The notes under the pieces are model-generated. The model had not been told where the DNA came from and searched no databases. It saw nothing but the letters and a program-made list of their open reading frames with translations. 64,000 nucleotides of DNA, from assembly GCA_963665145.1 (NCBI GenBank), contig OY762064.1, positions 2,307,154 through 2,371,153 of the forward strand. The letters run 5' to 3'. A program made the translations under genes and the position numbers. Source of the DNA: Gammaproteobacteria bacterium. Lineage in GTDB: Bacteria; Pseudomonadota; Gammaproteobacteria; Steroidobacterales; Foliamicaceae. Shown piece after piece: positions 57,159 to 64,000 of this stretch (its first letter is position 1; every line of letters starts with the position of its first letter).

Positions 57159-58811
57159 CTATAGCCCCGCTGCCTGTCCGTCCTTGCGAGGGTCGGAGGC
57201 GCCGGTCAGTATGCCTTCTTCCGGTTCGTGCATCACCGCCTGGTATCCGCCGAACACTCCCCGGGCCGATGCCATCTGGTGGCCCATCTCCGACAGCTGC
57301 TTGCGCACTTCCGGACCGAACCCCGGCTCCAGCGAGAGTCTTCCGCCATCGGCTGCGGCAGGCCGCCCGGTGGGCTGACTGGAACCGCCGTGGTACGCGC
57401 GCGGGGCGTCGCCGGCCGCCTGAAGATCCATGCCGAAGTCCACTACATTGGTGATCACCTGCGCCTGCGCCTGCGGCTGCATGTCGCCGCCCATCACGCC
57501 GAAGGCCAGGCGCGCGCCGGAAGCAAAGCGCGCGAATCCCGGGATGATGGTGTGAAACGGCCGTTTGCCGGGGGCGAGGACGTTCGGGTGATCGGGGTCG
57601 AGGCTGAACAACTGGCCCCGGTTGTGCAATATGAAGCCCAGGTCCCCGGGAGTCATGCCGGAACCCATGCCCCTGTAGTTCGACTGGATCAGCGATACCA
57701 GCATTCCGTCGCAATCGGCCGCGGCCAGGTAGACGGTCTGCGGCGCATCCAGCACCGGGTCGCCGTGGCGGACAGCGGTGGCCGCACGCGCCGGATCGAT
57801 CAAGCGGCCCCTTTGAAGGGCGTATTCCCTGGATATCAGCGCCTCGACGGGCGAGGCAACGAATGACGGATCGGCGTAGAAGCGAGCGCGGTCCTCAAAC
57901 GCCAGTTTCTTGGCTTCGGTGAGCAGATGCAGGTGCTCCGTCGAGCCGAAGCCCGCGGACGCCAGGTCGTGCTGCTCCAGGAGGTTGAGTATCTGGAGCG
58001 TGGCGATGCCTTGTGTATTGGGCGGCAGGGCGTAGACGTCGTGGCCCCGGTAGCTTGACGACACCGGCCTGACCCACTCGGATCGGTGCGAAGCGAGGTC
58101 GGCCTCGTCCAGGTAGCCGCCGTGCTCGCGCATGTAGGCCGCGATCTTCCAGGCAATCTCGCCTCGATAGAAGGCTTCCCTGCCGCCGGAGGCGAGCAGC
58201 CGGTAGGTTGCGGCCAGGCGGGGATTTAAGAATTTCTGCCCCTTCGCCGGCGCTGCGCCGCCGGGCATGAAGGTGTCGGCAAAGCCGGGGAGGTCGCCGA
58301 GTGCGCGGGCATTGGCGGCCCACGCGCCGGCCGTCAACTGGGCAACCGGAAACCCTTCTTCCGCCGCCCGGATGGCGGGCTGCAGCAGCTCGGCAAATTC
58401 CTTGCGCCCGTAGCGTGCGTGCAACTCGAACCAGCCATCCACGGCACCCGGTGTGGATACCGGCAAGGGCCCGCGGGAAGGAATGGTCTCCAGTCCGCGC
58501 TGGCGAAAGGCTTCAAGATTCAGTGAACGCGGAGCCCGGCCGCTTGCGTTAAGACCGGTGGGCCCTTCTTTTCCTTCTTCCCACACCATGGCGAACAGGT
58601 CGCCGCCGATTCCGCAGCCGGTGGGTTCGGTAAGGCCCAGCATGGCGTTGGCGGCGATCGCCGCATCGACCGCCGTGCCGCCGGACCGCAGTATCTCAAG
58701 CGCTGCCTGGGTGGCGAAGACCTGGCTGGTCGCCACCATGGCGCGGGTGCCCAGGGCCTCGGAACGCGAGGCGAATGGCAGCCCGGCCCCGCGCTCGTAG
58801 ACGGCTCTCAC
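57159..58811 (-). CDS. ggt: gamma-glutamyltransferase family protein
   Basis: MVATSQVFATQAALEILRSGGTAVDAAIAAN. Catalytic-Thr context GKRPFHTIIPGF. Start set at GTG 58811, which overlaps the phhB stop (GTGA). The longer ORF would overlap phhB. Confidence 0.82.
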   Translation of the reverse strand: MRAVYERGAGLPFASRSEALGTRAMVATSQVFATQAALEILRSGGTAVDAAIAANAMLGLTEPTGCGIGGDLFAMVWEEGKEGPTGLNASGRAPRSLNLEAFRQRGLETIPSRGPLPVSTPGAVDGWFELHARYGRKEFAELLQPAIRAAEEGFPVAQLTAGAWAANARALGDLPGFADTFMPGGAAPAKGQKFLNPRLAATYRLLASGGREAFYRGEIAWKIAAYMREHGGYLDEADLASHRSEWVRPVSSSYRGHDVYALPPNTQGIATLQILNLLEQHDLASAGFGSTEHLHLLTEAKKLAFEDRARFYADPSFVASPVEALISREYALQRGRLIDPARAATAVRHGDPVLDAPQTVYLAAADCDGMLVSLIQSNYRGMGSGMTPGDLGFILHNRGQLFSLDPDHPNVLAPGKRPFHTIIPGFARFASGARLAFGVMGGDMQPQAQAQVITNVVDFGMDLQAAGDAPRAYHGGSSQPTGRPAAADGGRLSLEPGFGPEVRKQLSEMGHQMASARGVFGGYQAVMHEPEEGILTGASDPRKDGQAAGL

Positions 58812-59098
58812 AGACTTTCGGCCAATTCGTTCATGGCTTGCGCCAGCTGAAAGTCGAGCTCGGTGATTCCTCCGGCCGAGTGGGTGCTCAGATGCACGTC
58901 CACCTTCGACCACACATTGAACCACTCCGGGTGGTGATCGAGGCGCTCTGCCGCCAGTGCCGCGCCCGACATGAACGCGAACGCCCTGCGGAAATCCGCG
59001 AAACGGAAGGAGCGGTGAAGTTTGTGGTCGTCCAGGCTCCAGCCCGGAAGGTCGTCAAGTCTTGCTGCGGCCTCTTCCGCGGAAAGCAAATCAGCCAT
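58808..59098 (-). CDS. phhB: 4a-hydroxytetrahydrobiopterin (pterin-4-alpha-carbinolamine) dehydratase
   Basis: LPGWSL, FRFADFRRAFAFM, ERLDHHPEWFNVWSKVDVHLSTHSAGGIT. Confidence 0.9.
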   Translation of the reverse strand: MADLLSAEEAAARLDDLPGWSLDDHKLHRSFRFADFRRAFAFMSGAALAAERLDHHPEWFNVWSKVDVHLSTHSAGGITELDFQLAQAMNELAESL

Positions 59099-59437
59099 GG
59101 GATCCTCTCAGGTAAGCGGTGTTGATGTGAGGGAATTTCTCACGCCCGTAAGTCTATCTCCAATGCTTCAAGCACGGCGAATCGCGGGAAACTTGATTTA
59201 TGCGCCGCTTTTTGGAAAGCTAGGCGGTTGGCGTTTCAACACGAAGCGCCGGTTTGCTCGCATTTCAAGCCACCAACAGCGGATCGGTTGCGGGAGTGCC
59301 GCTTGTTCGGCGCCGGTCCCGGATCAGCGGTTGCCCGGCAGTACAGCAAGCGGACGCTTATTTGGTGGTGCTTCCCGCGTCGGTATGGCGGCCGGCGCAG
59401 CAAGGGCGGCACTGCAATTCGGATTGAGGATAGGCCC

Positions 59438-64000
<4,563 letters not shown>

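Overview
This is a high-GC, gammaproteobacterial-type chromosome segment. Supporting neighbourhoods are zapA/5-formyl-THF cyclo-ligase divergent from pepP-ubiH-ubiI, purF-lpxH-ppiA-folD on the left, and rpiA, trpS, ggt, phhB and gltB on the right. It is interrupted by an accessory stretch of about 30 kb (about 9.7-40.3 kb) that ends at a four-tRNA operon (Pro-Arg-His-Lys, minus strand). The left core also carries a pyrogallol-hydroxytransferase-like molybdoenzyme cluster followed by two Tat-signal proteins. The accessory stretch holds three tandem lipoprotein trypsin-like proteases, a Fic protein, a RES/Xre toxin-antitoxin pair, and decayed FGE-like and LysE-like genes. From 25.3 to 40.3 kb it becomes a visibly AT-richer defence-type island with no integrase. 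That island contains: (1) a membrane-anchored HerA-like ATPase; (2) a Cys4 protein gene broken by a single in-frame TAA; (3) a nucleotidyltransferase + 2H-phosphoesterase two-gene operon, my best candidate for an undescribed system; (4) a tightly packed six-gene same-strand cluster (four overlapping junctions, one 11-nt gap) joining a type I R-M system (hsdM-hsdS-hsdR) to an ABC-three-component-like module (HNH effector, small middle component, DUF2326-like ABC ATPase). All calls come from reading the translated ORFs, motifs and the nucleotide sequence by eye. No database search or structure prediction was run, so family names are recollection-based assignments.
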